A stretch of 64,000 nucleotides of DNA, taken from a bacterium. GTDB lineage: Bacteria > Patescibacteriota > Minisyncoccia > Minisyncoccales > DG-74-3. The first letter of the stretch is position 1. Every line of letters starts with the position of its first letter. A program made the position numbers and the translations under genes. The stretch is from the NCBI GenBank assembly GCA_030603245.1, contig JAUVYE010000001.1, positions 1,418 through 65,417 of the forward strand, written 5' to 3'. The notes under the pieces are model-generated. The model ran no database searches, was not told the origin of the DNA, and saw only the letters and a program-made list of their open reading frames with translations. Of this stretch, positions 37,947-48,369 are shown in pieces.

Positions 37947-38579
37947 ATGGTTAAAGCATCAACTCAACAATTTTTAGAAGTTAAAGAAATTAAACAAGGA
38001 GTCGTTGTTTTAAAAAACAAAGCTTTGAGAGGAGTATTAATGGTTTCCTCTTTAAACTTTGCCTTGAAATCTAAAGATGAACAAAATGCTACTATTTACC
38101 AATTCCAAAGCTTTTTGAATTCCTTAGACTTTCCTCTTCAAACATTAGTTCAATCTCGAAAACTCAATATTACTGGATATTTAGATAAATTAAAGGAATT
38201 AGAAAAAGAGCAAAAAAACGAACTCTTAAAAACTCAAACAGCGGAATACAGAAATTTTATTAAAGAATTGATTGTTGGGAGCTCTATTATGTCTAAAAAT
38301 TTCTTTGTTATAGTTCCTTTTGTTTCAATTAAAATTCCTGGCATTACTTCAAAGGGCTCTGGAAAAACACTTGCTAAATCAATCGATGATCAATTTCAAA
38401 GAGCAAAATCTCAACTTTGGCAAAGAATGGAATTTGTATCTATGGGATTAAGAAGGTGTGGATTAAAGTGTATTCCCTTAAATACCACTGAGTTAATTGA
38501 GCTTTTCTGGTCATTACATCATCCAGAAGAAGCTGAAATAGGATATTATCCTGAAATACCTCCTGAATTAATAAAATGA
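37947..38579 (+). CDS. TraC/VirB4 N-terminal-like T4SS component
   Basis: STQQFL, SLNFALKS.DEQ, FLNSLDFP.Q, FFVIVP; between PrgI and VirB4. Confidence 0.75.
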   Translation: MVKASTQQFLEVKEIKQGVVVLKNKALRGVLMVSSLNFALKSKDEQNATIYQFQSFLNSLDFPLQTLVQSRKLNITGYLDKLKELEKEQKNELLKTQTAEYRNFIKELIVGSSIMSKNFFVIVPFVSIKIPGITSKGSGKTLAKSIDDQFQRAKSQLWQRMEFVSMGLRRCGLKCIPLNTTELIELFWSLHHPEEAEIGYYPEIPPELIK

Positions 38580-40378
38580 AAATACCTTTTTTAAAAAAGA
38601 AAAGAACATATCAATTGGTTAAGGAAGATACCAGTAAGATTTTTGAAAAAAAGGCAATGGAGCTTAACGACATCATTGCCCCTTCTTCAATTACTATTTC
38701 TTCTGACAACTTAAAGCTTGGCAAAATGTTTGCTAAATCTTTTTTCATTTTTTCCTATCCCAGATATTTAAGTACTGGCTGGTTTTCTCCAATCATTAAC
38801 CTTGACGATCCAATGGATATTTCCATTTTTGTTCACCCGATTGAAACAGGAACGATTTTAAAACAATTAAGAAGAAGGGTGACTGAAGTTCAGGCCGAGA
38901 TTTCAGAAAGACAGGAAAAGGGATTAATCAGAGATCCTGTTTTACAAACAGCTTATCAGGATTTAGAAACTTTAAGAGACCGGCTCCAGACAGCTCAAGA
39001 AAGAATGTTTAAATTAGGCATCTATTTAACTACTTATGGCAAATCAGAACAAGAATTAAAAAACATTGAGAACACGCTAAGGTCAATGTTAGAATCTCGC
39101 TTAATATACATTAAACCTGCTCTTTATCAACAAAGAGAAGGTTTTAATTCTTGTGCTCCTTATGGATTAGATCAACTTCAAGTTCATACTTCAATGAACA
39201 CAGGACCTCTTTCTTCTGTTTTTCCTTTTGCTTCATTTGATTTAAGTTCAAACGAAGGAATCTTATATGGAATAAACAGACATAACAATTCTTTAATTCT
39301 TTTTGATAGATTTAGTTTAGAAAATGCGAATAGTATTTTATTTGCGAAGAGTGGAAGTGGAAAGTCATATGCAGTCAAATTAGAAGTTCTACGCTCTTTA
39401 ATGATAGGGGTTGATGTAATTATCCTTGATCCTGAAAATGAATATGAATTCTTATCTGATGCTGTGGGTGGTTCTTTCTTTAATATTTCTTTAGGATCTG
39501 CAAATCACATTAATCCTTTTGATTTGCCCACTCCAAGAAAAGATGAAAAACCATCTGATATTTTAAGATCTAATATTATTAATTTAGTTGGTTTAATACG
39601 AGTTATGTTAGGAGGGTTAACTCCTGAAGAAGATTCTATTATGGACCAAGCTCTTACTGAAACCTATGCTGCTAAAGACATTACTATTAAAAGCGATCCA
39701 AGTACTTGGAAAGAGAATGTTCCCTTAATGGAAGATTTAGAAGCAATTCTCAACACTATGGAAGGAACTGATTCTTTAGTAAGAAGATTAAGAAAATTTA
39801 CCAAAGGCACATTCAGTGAATTCTTTAATCAAAAAACTAATATTTCAACTGACAATCCTTTAATTGTATTTGGAATCAGAGATATGGAAGACGAATTAAG
39901 GCCAATCGCAATGTTTATTGTTATGCGTTATATCTGGAATAAAATCAGGTCTGAGCTTAAAAAAAGAATTTTGGTCGTAGATGAAGCCTGGTGGATAATG
40001 CAATCAGAAGATGGAGCTTCCTTTTTATATGGTATGGCTAAAAGAGCCAGAAAATATTGGCTAGGGGTAACCACTATTACCCAGGATGTGGGAGATTTTA
40101 TGAAATCTGAATATGGAAAACCTATTATTACTAACTCTTCTTTACAAATTTTATTAAAACAATCTCCAGCCACAATTGATTTGGTAAAGAAAACCTTTAA
40201 TCTGACTGAAGAAGAAAAATATTTATTATTAGAAGCTGAAGTGGGGGAAGGTATATTTTTTGCAGGACAAAAACATGTAGCAATTAAAGTAGTTGCTTCG
40301 TATACTGAAGATCAAATTATTACCACTGACCCAGAACAGGTATTGAAAATTAAAAAAGCAAAAGAAGAATCAATTTAA
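38576..40378 (+). CDS. VirB4-like (TraC/ConE) ATPase
   Basis: Walker A AKSGSGKS, LDPENEY, INPFD, Walker B VVDEAW, RARKY, TQDV. Confidence 0.92.
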   Translation: MKIPFLKKKRTYQLVKEDTSKIFEKKAMELNDIIAPSSITISSDNLKLGKMFAKSFFIFSYPRYLSTGWFSPIINLDDPMDISIFVHPIETGTILKQLRRRVTEVQAEISERQEKGLIRDPVLQTAYQDLETLRDRLQTAQERMFKLGIYLTTYGKSEQELKNIENTLRSMLESRLIYIKPALYQQREGFNSCAPYGLDQLQVHTSMNTGPLSSVFPFASFDLSSNEGILYGINRHNNSLILFDRFSLENANSILFAKSGSGKSYAVKLEVLRSLMIGVDVIILDPENEYEFLSDAVGGSFFNISLGSANHINPFDLPTPRKDEKPSDILRSNIINLVGLIRVMLGGLTPEEDSIMDQALTETYAAKDITIKSDPSTWKENVPLMEDLEAILNTMEGTDSLVRRLRKFTKGTFSEFFNQKTNISTDNPLIVFGIRDMEDELRPIAMFIVMRYIWNKIRSELKKRILVVDEAWWIMQSEDGASFLYGMAKRARKYWLGVTTITQDVGDFMKSEYGKPIITNSSLQILLKQSPATIDLVKKTFNLTEEEKYLLLEAEVGEGIFFAGQKHVAIKVVASYTEDQIITTDPEQVLKIKKAKEESI

Positions 40379-40833
40379 GAAGGTTTAACAACCACCTTTC
40401 TTTCATCTCTTTCACCAATACTCTCTGTAATAACCCCACTTCTTTCAGCCAACTCCATATGAACAATTCTTCTTTCAAAAGCGCGCATTGGACTTAGCGC
40501 TTTTTCTTTTTTGGTCAAAACCACATCATCAGCAACAGAATTGGCTAATTCTTTCAAATACTCGGCTTTCTTTTTCTTGTAATCATTAATATCAACGTTA
40601 ACATAGAATAATTCTTCTGTTTTTTTTCTTAAAATAATTTTCAAAAGATGCTGAATGTCAGCCAAGGTTTGACCTCTTTCTCCAATCAAAATTTGAGGGT
40701 CTTCAGTTTTAACCTTAATCAAAAGAGTATTTTCTTCTTGGGTCGAAAAATCAAGACTAACGTCAAAAGTGGTTTTTTGAAAAAACTCTTTAGTAATTTT
40801 TCTTATTTTTTCCAAACCTTCTTTTGAAATCAT
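40375..40833 (-). CDS. jag: Jag/KhpB-type KH-R3H RNA-binding protein, short form
   Basis: LIGERGQTL..IQH, ERRIVH, TESIG...RKVVV; yidC synteny. Confidence 0.88.
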   Translation of the reverse strand: MISKEGLEKIRKITKEFFQKTTFDVSLDFSTQEENTLLIKVKTEDPQILIGERGQTLADIQHLLKIILRKKTEELFYVNVDINDYKKKKAEYLKELANSVADDVVLTKKEKALSPMRAFERRIVHMELAERSGVITESIGERDERKVVVKPS

Positions 40834-41516
40834 GCTTTTCTAAAGATTAAATATTGTTGGCCGATTGAAAGAACAGTAGTTGTTATCCAGTATAAAGCAA
40901 CTGCAGACGGCATTCTAATAAGAATAAAAATTGTTAAAAAAGGAAACATAAAAATCATTTGATTAGAAACTGCGCTTGCTGCTTGCCCCGCTTTTTCTTT
41001 ATTGCTTTTCATTTGAATGAGTTGGGCAAAACCAGCTAATATTGCTAAAAAAAGACTTGGTTGAGAAAGATCTATTAAATTCAAAAAACTAAAGCTTATT
41101 ATTTCAGGTCTTGGAATAAAACTATAAAGATTACTTAACTCTTCTGATTGTAATCCTCTCCAAAATACACGATAAAGAGCAATTAAAAGCGGTAACTGAA
41201 TTAAAACAGGAATAAGACTATTAAGAGGATTAATCTTTTCTTTTTGGTAAAGCTCTAAGATTTCTTGCATTTGCTTTTCCTTATTGTCTTTGTGATTATT
41301 TTGAATCACTTTCACTTTTTCTTGAATTCCGGATAGAGCTTTTTGTGATTTTAAAGATTGAGCCATCAAAGGAGACAAAACTAATCTGATTAAAGCTGTT
41401 AAAACAATTACTGCTATTCCAAAATCGCGTCCTGGCAAAAATTGATATAAAAAAAATAAAGCATTAAACAATGGTTGATACAATATTTTGTTAAAAAATT
41501 CGGTTAAAAAATTCAT
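40830..41516 (-). CDS. yidC: Membrane protein insertase YidC
   Basis: FGIAVIVLT..IR..L.PL, LYQKEKINP, LIQLP, LYWIT. Confidence 0.93.
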   Translation of the reverse strand: MNFLTEFFNKILYQPLFNALFFLYQFLPGRDFGIAVIVLTALIRLVLSPLMAQSLKSQKALSGIQEKVKVIQNNHKDNKEKQMQEILELYQKEKINPLNSLIPVLIQLPLLIALYRVFWRGLQSEELSNLYSFIPRPEIISFSFLNLIDLSQPSLFLAILAGFAQLIQMKSNKEKAGQAASAVSNQMIFMFPFLTIFILIRMPSAVALYWITTTVLSIGQQYLIFRKA

Positions 41517-41863
41517 TATTTATTATTAATTATTTTCGCTTTTTTAAAAAGCTTACTAATCATTTCTTTTATCTCTTTAAAATCTTTTAACTCTAATCCT
41601 GGACTTGCTATGATAATGACGTCTACTCCTTTTTGGATTTTTTTAAGATTCAAATAAACTATTTCTCTAAGTTTTCTTTTTATTTTATTTCTAGTAACAG
41701 CTTTTTTAGAAAACTTTTTAGATACTACAAAGGTAAAGCGCGATTCGTTTAAATCATTGGATAATATTTTTAAGATTAAAAGATCTTGTTTAAAAATCCT
41801 TCCTTTTTCAAATACTTTTTGAATATCTTTATTTTTTTTGAGTCGGTTAATCTTTGCTAACAT
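41516..41863 (-). CDS. rnpA: Ribonuclease P protein component
   Basis: RL.K..D...VF..G, VSKK..KKAVTRNKIKRKLRE. Confidence 0.93.
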   Translation of the reverse strand: MLAKINRLKKNKDIQKVFEKGRIFKQDLLILKILSNDLNESRFTFVVSKKFSKKAVTRNKIKRKLREIVYLNLKKIQKGVDVIIIASPGLELKDFKEIKEMISKLFKKAKIINNK

Positions 41864-41884
41864 TTCTATAATAAAAACATTAGC

Positions 41885-42019
41885 CTAAACTGTAAGCTTT
41901 TTTCTTTTTTTTCTTCTTCTGTTCACTAAAACTCTTTGGCCTGATTTTGTTTCTTGCCTCTTTCTAAAACCGTGGGTTCGTTTTCTTTTTCTTTTTTTAG
42001 GCTTATAAGTTATTGACAT
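41885..42019 (-). CDS. rpmH: 50S ribosomal protein L34 (absent from the ORF track)
   Basis: Manual translation MSITYKPKKRKRKRTHGFRKRQETKSGQRVLVNRRRKKRKKLTV*; canonical position upstream of rnpA. Confidence 0.95.
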   Translation of the reverse strand: MSITYKPKKRKRKRTHGFRKRQETKSGQRVLVNRRRKKRKKLTV

Positions 42020-42063
42020 GTTTTTATTTTATATTGTTTTAATCTTAAAATCAACCTTAGATG

Positions 42064-42083
42064 AATTCCACAAAATATCCACA
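42064..42083. promoter_or_regulatory. Tandem DnaA-box-like sequences upstream of dnaA
   Basis: AATTCCACA (42064-72) and ATATCCACA (42075-83) versus consensus TTATCCACA. Confidence 0.6.
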
Positions 42084-42184
42084 GGTTATTAACTTTAATA
42101 ATCTTATTGTGTTTATTTTGATTTTAGCTTGGTTATAAGATATAATAATTTATTATTTATAAAAGATTAAGGATTTATAATAAC

Positions 42185-43546
42185 ATGAACAACCAAGAAT
42201 TGTGGCAAGCAACTTTGGCCCAAATTCAACTTAATATTTCTCCTGCCAGTTTTGCTACTTGGTTTAAAAATACCAGCATTGTTAGTCAAAAAGAAGGCAA
42301 GACAATTGTTTCGGTAACTAATTCTTTTGCCAAAGAATGGCTTCAAAATAAATATGGAAAAACTATTTTAAAAATTTTACACGAATTAGATTCTAAGATT
42401 AAAGAGGTTAAATATGAGGTCAAGCATAAAGCAAATAAAAATGAAGCGAGGGTTTTGGATAAAAGCTCTTTTCTTTTTTCTAGAAAAAGACAGCTTGATC
42501 TTCAGAGATTTAAAGCTCAAAAAGAAACAAATATTAATCCAAGATATACATTTGAAAGTTTTATTGTTGGCCCTTTTAATGAATTAGCTCAGGCTGCAAG
42601 TTGGGCAATATCAAAAGAACCAGGTAAGGTTTATAATCCTCTTTTTATTTATGGAAAAGTGGGTTTAGGTAAAACTCATCTCTTGCAAGCCATTGGAAAT
42701 GAGATTGTAAAAAACTTTTCGAAAAAAAAGGTTAAATATATTCCATCTGAAACATTTACTTCTGGGATGGTTTCGGCAATCAGAAAACAGAGTATTGAAA
42801 ATTTTAAAACAAAATATAGAAACATTGATGTTTTAATTTTAGATGATGTTCAGTTTTTAGCTGGAAAAGAAAAAACTCAAGAAGAATTTTTTCATATATT
42901 TAACCATTTGTATGAACAGAACAAACAAATCATTCTTTCCTCTGATAGACCACCTAAAGCAATTTCTGCTTTAGCTGAGAGACTAAGATCTCGCTTTGAA
43001 GGAGGAATGATAGCTGATATTAGTTATCCTGATTATGAAACAAGAATGGCTATTTTAAAAATAAAATGTGAGGAAAGAAAAATAGTTCTTCCAGAAAATA
43101 TTTTAGATTATATTGCTTCTAGTATTCAAAAAAATATCAGAGAATTAGAAGGAGCACTAACTCGTGTCTCAGCTTATCAAAAATTAAATAATAAAACTCC
43201 TGATACTGAAACAGTAAAATCTCTTCTTAAAAATCTTATTTTTTCACCCAAACAAAGAATTACTCCTAAAAAAATAATTAAGATAGTAGCTGATTTTTAC
43301 GACTTAAAAGAGAAAGAGATTTTATCTTCTTCAAGAAAAAGAGAAATTGTCAGACCTCGTCAAATAGCAATGTATCTTTTAAGGGAAGAACTTAAAAGTT
43401 CTTATCCTTTTATTGGCCGAAGGTTTGGAGGAAGAGATCATACTACAGCTATCCATGCTTATGAAAAAATTGTAAAAGAGATCAATAAAAATGAGAATAT
43501 TGCAGAAGAAATTAACCTTATTAAACAGAGAGTTTTTAGTGTTTAA
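42185..43546 (+). CDS. dnaA: Chromosomal replication initiator DnaA
   Basis: YNPLFIYGKVGLGKTHL, DDVQF, QEEFFH, RELEGAL, GGRDHTT. Confidence 0.98.
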   Translation: MNNQELWQATLAQIQLNISPASFATWFKNTSIVSQKEGKTIVSVTNSFAKEWLQNKYGKTILKILHELDSKIKEVKYEVKHKANKNEARVLDKSSFLFSRKRQLDLQRFKAQKETNINPRYTFESFIVGPFNELAQAASWAISKEPGKVYNPLFIYGKVGLGKTHLLQAIGNEIVKNFSKKKVKYIPSETFTSGMVSAIRKQSIENFKTKYRNIDVLILDDVQFLAGKEKTQEEFFHIFNHLYEQNKQIILSSDRPPKAISALAERLRSRFEGGMIADISYPDYETRMAILKIKCEERKIVLPENILDYIASSIQKNIRELEGALTRVSAYQKLNNKTPDTETVKSLLKNLIFSPKQRITPKKIIKIVADFYDLKEKEILSSSRKREIVRPRQIAMYLLREELKSSYPFIGRRFGGRDHTTAIHAYEKIVKEINKNENIAEEINLIKQRVFSV

Positions 43547-43745
43547 TTATGGGAAATTTTGTGGAAAAATTGAGCAAAAACACTTATTAAAACATAAATA
43601 ATTATATTTATATAAAAAGAAAACACAATATCCCTACAATAAATCACTATTTTTACCCAATTAAATTGAATAAAAAAATACAATAATTCACAGACATAAT
43701 ATTAATAATAATTTAATAATTTAAATAATAATTAAAATAATTAAA
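43547..43745. other. Probable oriC (dnaA-dnaN intergenic region)
   Basis: DnaA-box-like TGTGGAAAA (43560-68) and TAATTCACA (43684-92), followed by an almost pure A/T, TAA-repeat unwinding region. Confidence 0.7.
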
Positions 43746-44879
43746 ATGAAATTATTAGTTTTACAAGAAAAATTAAAAGAAGGATTAAAAATAGTTAGTC
43801 GAGCTTCTTTTAAGTCTCTTTCTCTTCCTATTTTAAATAATATTTTATTAAGAACAGAAAAAAACTTTTTAGAATTAGCGGCTACCGATTTAGAAGTTGG
43901 AATAAAATGGTGGTCTTTAGCAAAAATAGAAAAAGAAGGAGAAATTATTGTTCCTACTCAAGTTTTTTCTAATTTTATTAGTTTTTTACCAAATAAAAAA
44001 GTTAAATTAGAGGTTGATAAATTAACTCTAAATATTGAATGCGAAAATTATAAAACTAGTTTAAAAGGATATAGTACAGAAGAGTTTCCTATTATTCCGC
44101 AAATATCTGAAGCAGAAATCGTTATTATAGATAGTGAAATTTTTTGCCAAGGATTAAATCAAGTGGTAAATATCACTAGTCCATCTACAACTAGACCGGA
44201 AATCTCTGGAGTTTATTTGATTTTTAAAGAAAATTCAATAAAAATGGTAGCCACAGATAGTTTTAGATTGGGAGAAAAAACAGTTATTCTTGAGAAGAAT
44301 ACAAAGCTACGTCAACAATATTCTTTAATCCTTCCTCAGAAAGCAGTTAAAGAAATTATTAATATTTTTGGAGAAAAAAAAGAGGAACTTAAAATTTATT
44401 TAACCCCTAATCAAATTTTATTTGAAAAAGTAATTCCTGAATTACCATCACATCCACAAATTCATTTAGTCTCAAGATTAATAGAAGGAGAATATCCAAA
44501 CTATCAAGAAATTATTCCTGAAAAATATAAAACCCAGATTATTCTTAAAAAAGAAGAATTCTTAAACCAAATTAAAACAGCTAGTATTTTTAGTGGTAAG
44601 ATAAACGAAATAAAACTAAAAATAGATCCTAAAGCACAAAAAATAACAGTGTTTAGTCAGAGTCCTGATTTAGGAGAATATAATAGTTTTTTCTCAGCTA
44701 AGATAAAAGGTAAGGCAATGGAGGTTGCCTTTAACCATCGATTTTTACTTGATGGACTTTTAAATATAAAAAGCTCACAAATCACTTTTGAGCTTAGTAG
44801 TGAAGATGGCCCAGGAGTTTTAAAACCAGTTGGAGATAAAAGTTATCTTTATATTGTAATGCCTATTAAGGCAAGTTAG
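43746..44879 (+). CDS. dnaN: DNA polymerase III beta sliding clamp
   Basis: LPILNN, ATDLE, ATDSFRL, SRLIEGEYPNY, VMPI. Confidence 0.97.
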   Translation: MKLLVLQEKLKEGLKIVSRASFKSLSLPILNNILLRTEKNFLELAATDLEVGIKWWSLAKIEKEGEIIVPTQVFSNFISFLPNKKVKLEVDKLTLNIECENYKTSLKGYSTEEFPIIPQISEAEIVIIDSEIFCQGLNQVVNITSPSTTRPEISGVYLIFKENSIKMVATDSFRLGEKTVILEKNTKLRQQYSLILPQKAVKEIINIFGEKKEELKIYLTPNQILFEKVIPELPSHPQIHLVSRLIEGEYPNYQEIIPEKYKTQIILKKEEFLNQIKTASIFSGKINEIKLKIDPKAQKITVFSQSPDLGEYNSFFSAKIKGKAMEVAFNHRFLLDGLLNIKSSQITFELSSEDGPGVLKPVGDKSYLYIVMPIKAS

Positions 44880-46836
44880 TATCAGAAGGTTTGGGTGGAG
44901 TAAAGTTTTCTTGAGGATATTTTTTTAAAGCCTGCTCCATGAAATTATGAAAAATAGGACCTGCTAAAACTACACCCGGTTTTTCTTTCATAGGAGTATT
45001 GTCATTATTCCCAACCCAGACACCAGTTACGATTGAAGGACTATAACCTATAGCCCAAGCATCTTGATAGTTCTGGGTTGTTCCTGTTTTAGCAGCTACT
45101 TGATAATCTTTAAAATAAAGTTGAGAGTTCCATCCAAACATAGGGGCTCTTGCCTCATTGTCTGATAAAATATTATTAATTATTCTACATGGTTGAATTG
45201 ATAAAACCCTTTTCTGGGTTTTTTTATTTTCTTCTATAATATTTCCTTTTGAATCTTCTATTCTTAAGATAGTAACTGGAGAAACCTTTAATCCTTCTGT
45301 AGCAAAAACCCCATAAGCAGAAACCATGTCTAAAAGCTTAACTTCCCATCCCCCTAAAACAATTGAGGGGCCATATGGTGGCTTTAGAGTGGTAATTCCA
45401 AGATCCTGTGCTGTTTTAACCGAGTTATCTATTTCTGGTCCAGCCATTTCTAAGAGAACCTTTACAGAAGCCACATTGATTGATTGAGAAAGAGCTTGTC
45501 TAAGAGTTATTTCTCCCCTATAAAATCCATCATAGTTTCCAGGTATATATTCTTTTCCTCCCCAGACTCCAAAGTTTGTTTCTTCATCAATTACAGTTGT
45601 ATCAGGAGTAAATCCATTTTTAAAAGCAGTAGCATAAACAAAAGGCTTAAAAGAAGACCCTGGTTGTCTTAATCCTAAAGTAGTTACATTAAATTGAGGG
45701 CTAAATTTACAAGTTTCTTCAGAAATACAGTTTGGAGGATAAGGGTCTTCAAAATAACCAGCACCTCCAACCATAGCTAAGATCTCACCAGTTTTAGGAT
45801 TAATTGATACCAAGGCAGCATTGTGAGCATTATTGTATTTATTTGCTTTTACTCCTTGCTCAATAATATATTCAGCTGCTTCTTGAAGCTCCCAGTCTAA
45901 AGAGGTATAAACCCTTAACCCGTTTTCTCTTAAAAAGTCTTGTCCATACTTATTATCAAGATAACTTTTAACATATAAGGTAAAATAAGGCGCTTTAAGA
46001 ATAATAGGCTTTTTAAACTCTAACTCTTCTTTTTTTATCAATTCAGCTTCTTGTTTAATTAAATACCCTTCTTGAACCATTCTGTTTAATACATAATCTT
46101 TTCTTTCAAGCAATTCTTGCTTGTTTTGATAAGGAGATAAGTAACTTGGAGCTTGGATTAAAGAGGTAAGAATAGCTGCTTGAGCTACAGAGATTTCTGA
46201 TACTGGTTTTTGAAAAAATGTTTGACTGGCAGCTTCTACTCCATAAGCATTTGAACCAAAAGGTACTTGATTTAAATACCATTCTAAAATCTGGTCTTTA
46301 GAATAGCGACGATCTAGTTCTAAAGCCAAAATAACCTCTCTGATTTTTCTTTGAGCTGTTTTTTCAAGAGATAGAAAACTTGATCTAATTAATTGTTGAG
46401 GGATTGTTGAACCTCCATAGACTGGTCTTCCTATTTTTAAGTCAGCTAATATTGATCTAATTATTCCTGGGATATCAATTCCGAAATGATTATAAAAATT
46501 AGCATCTTCGGTCGCAATAACAGCTTGTTTTAAATGTTCAGGCATTTCACTCAATGAGACATAAGTTCTTTTTTCTTCTCCGTAAATATCGTACAAAACT
46601 ATTTCTCCAGTTCGGTCATAAATTTTAGTAGACTCAATAAACTGTTTTTCGCTGAATTTTTCTGGCCGAGGCAGATCTTTTCCATAATAAATAAACAAGA
46701 ATAATGAAAAAAGAATAACAAATAAAGAACAATAAAAAAACAATTTAGCAATCTTAATAATTGAATCAAGGTTTATTCTTTTTTTAACCCTCTTTTTTCT
46801 TTTGTAGGTTTTTCTATAAATTCTTCTTTTTGCCAT
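44866..46836 (-). CDS. Class A penicillin-binding protein (transglycosylase-transpeptidase)
   Basis: EDANFY.H.G, GGSTI.QQL, RKIRE, RQPGSSFKP, SIN, KTGT. Confidence 0.95.
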   Translation of the reverse strand: MAKRRIYRKTYKRKKRVKKRINLDSIIKIAKLFFYCSLFVILFSLFLFIYYGKDLPRPEKFSEKQFIESTKIYDRTGEIVLYDIYGEEKRTYVSLSEMPEHLKQAVIATEDANFYNHFGIDIPGIIRSILADLKIGRPVYGGSTIPQQLIRSSFLSLEKTAQRKIREVILALELDRRYSKDQILEWYLNQVPFGSNAYGVEAASQTFFQKPVSEISVAQAAILTSLIQAPSYLSPYQNKQELLERKDYVLNRMVQEGYLIKQEAELIKKEELEFKKPIILKAPYFTLYVKSYLDNKYGQDFLRENGLRVYTSLDWELQEAAEYIIEQGVKANKYNNAHNAALVSINPKTGEILAMVGGAGYFEDPYPPNCISEETCKFSPQFNVTTLGLRQPGSSFKPFVYATAFKNGFTPDTTVIDEETNFGVWGGKEYIPGNYDGFYRGEITLRQALSQSINVASVKVLLEMAGPEIDNSVKTAQDLGITTLKPPYGPSIVLGGWEVKLLDMVSAYGVFATEGLKVSPVTILRIEDSKGNIIEENKKTQKRVLSIQPCRIINNILSDNEARAPMFGWNSQLYFKDYQVAAKTGTTQNYQDAWAIGYSPSIVTGVWVGNNDNTPMKEKPGVVLAGPIFHNFMEQALKKYPQENFTPPKPSDTNLP

Positions 46837-46881
46837 AATTTTGATTTACAGATCCATGTTTTTATCTTAAAATAAAAATGT

Positions 46882-48078
46882 ATGAAAATAAATAGTCACT
46901 CTGAAAAAATTGATGAAGTTTTAACAAGAAGAGTAGACAAGATTCTACCCACTAAAGCAGAGCTCAAAAGTTTAATGCAAAAGAAAAAGATTAGACTTTA
47001 TTTGGGTATTGATCCTACTGGTACTAAACTTCATCTTGGCCATTCTGTTGCTTTAAGAAAGCTTCAAGAGTTTGCTGATTTAGGACATGAGGCCATTCTT
47101 TTGGTTGGGACAGGAACAGTTTTAGCCGGAGATCCCTCAGGTAGAGATAAAGCCCGCCCCTATATTACTGAAAAAGAAATTAAAAAGAATATTGCCACTT
47201 GGAAAAAACAAGCCAGTAAGATTTTAGATTTTTCTAAAATAAAAATTAAATACAACGGAGACTGGCTTTTAAAATTAGACCTTAAAGGACTTATTGAAAT
47301 TGCTTCCAATATATCATCTATCCAGCTTTTTAAAAGAGATATGTTCCAGAAGCGCATTAAAAGAGGAGATACTGTTTGGATGCATGAAACTTTGTATCCT
47401 TTGCTTCAAGGGTATGATTCAGTGGTCATGGGTGTTGACTTAGAAATTGGAGGAACAGATCAAACGTTTAATATGCTTATTGGTAGAGAGCTTCAACGAA
47501 AAATGAAGAACCGAGAAAAATTAGTCTTAACTGTTCCCATGGTTCTTGGTATAGATGGTAATCAAATGAGCAAAACTTCTGGCAACTGCGTTTGGTTATC
47601 CGACTCTCCGAAAGAAATGTTCGGAAGAATTATGTCCATTCCTGACAAGTTGATTGTTCCTTATTTTGAGATGTTAACTAATGTTCCAATTGATTTAGTT
47701 AAGCAATATAAAAAACAACTTAAGTTAAAGAAAGTAAATCCAATGATCCTAAAAGAGGAATTAAGCTTTGAAATTGTCCAAACCTATCATTCAAAAAGAA
47801 AGGCAAAAATTGCTCAATCAGAATTTACAAGAGTATTTAAACAAAAGAAACTGCCCCAAAAAATAGTAAAAGTTACAATTAAACAAAAGACAATTAATAT
47901 TCTTGACCTTTTAGTTAAAACAAAATTAGTTTCTTCAAAAACAGAAGCCAAAAGATTGATTTTACAAAAAGGAGTCAAAATAGACGGAAGAGTTAAAGAA
48001 GATTGGAAAGCAATTGTTAGGACTAAAAAAGGACAGGTTATTCAGGTTGGGAAAAGAAGATTTGCAAAGATTAAATAA
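46882..48078 (+). CDS. tyrS: Tyrosine--tRNA ligase
   Basis: GIDPTG..LHLGH, YPLLQGYD, GGTDQ, QMSKT, S4-like C-terminus. Confidence 0.96.
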   Translation: MKINSHSEKIDEVLTRRVDKILPTKAELKSLMQKKKIRLYLGIDPTGTKLHLGHSVALRKLQEFADLGHEAILLVGTGTVLAGDPSGRDKARPYITEKEIKKNIATWKKQASKILDFSKIKIKYNGDWLLKLDLKGLIEIASNISSIQLFKRDMFQKRIKRGDTVWMHETLYPLLQGYDSVVMGVDLEIGGTDQTFNMLIGRELQRKMKNREKLVLTVPMVLGIDGNQMSKTSGNCVWLSDSPKEMFGRIMSIPDKLIVPYFEMLTNVPIDLVKQYKKQLKLKKVNPMILKEELSFEIVQTYHSKRKAKIAQSEFTRVFKQKKLPQKIVKVTIKQKTINILDLLVKTKLVSSKTEAKRLILQKGVKIDGRVKEDWKAIVRTKKGQVIQVGKRRFAKIK

Positions 48079-48079
48079 C

Positions 48080-48110
48080 AAACCCGCCCCTTAAGTATGG
48101 GCGGGTTTTT
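48080..48110. terminator. Intrinsic terminator after tyrS (possibly bidirectional)
   Basis: AAACCCGCCC-loop-GGGCGGGTTTTT. Confidence 0.8.
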
Positions 48111-48119
48111 CTTTTATAA

Positions 48120-48287
48120 CTATTCTTCTGAAGTCTCTTCAACACCTTCTTCTGGTGATTCTTCAGCTTCTTCCCCTGGTGTCTTCTCAGTCTCTTCTGA
48201 TGGTGTTTCTTCTGAACCTTCTTCTGAAGTTTCCTTAGTTTCTTCTTTTGTAGTTTCTTCTTGGTTTAAAATTTCTTCGTAAATCAT
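48120..48287 (-). CDS. Small Glu-rich acidic protein, 55 aa (absent from the ORF track)
   Basis: Manual translation MIYEEILNQEETTKEETKETSEEGSEETPSEETEKTPGEEAEESPEEGVEETSEE*; own promoter upstream, terminator downstream. Confidence 0.65.
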   Translation of the reverse strand: MIYEEILNQEETTKEETKETSEEGSEETPSEETEKTPGEEAEESPEEGVEETSEE

Positions 48288-48369
48288 TTTTATTAACTTG
48301 TTAAGATTTTTTAATTTCCCGACCTTTTCGGTTAATTAGAAAAGCCTATATTTTAGGCTCATAACAAGC

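Noticed and set aside
31795-40378. Integrative conjugative element or prophage
   Set aside because: No integrase, relaxase, att sites or phage structural genes; the cluster abuts core origin genes
48097-48282. Plus-strand 61-aa Ser-rich ORF
   Set aside because: Starts inside the tyrS terminator and is the antisense shadow of the Glu-rich minus-strand ORF, which has a promoter
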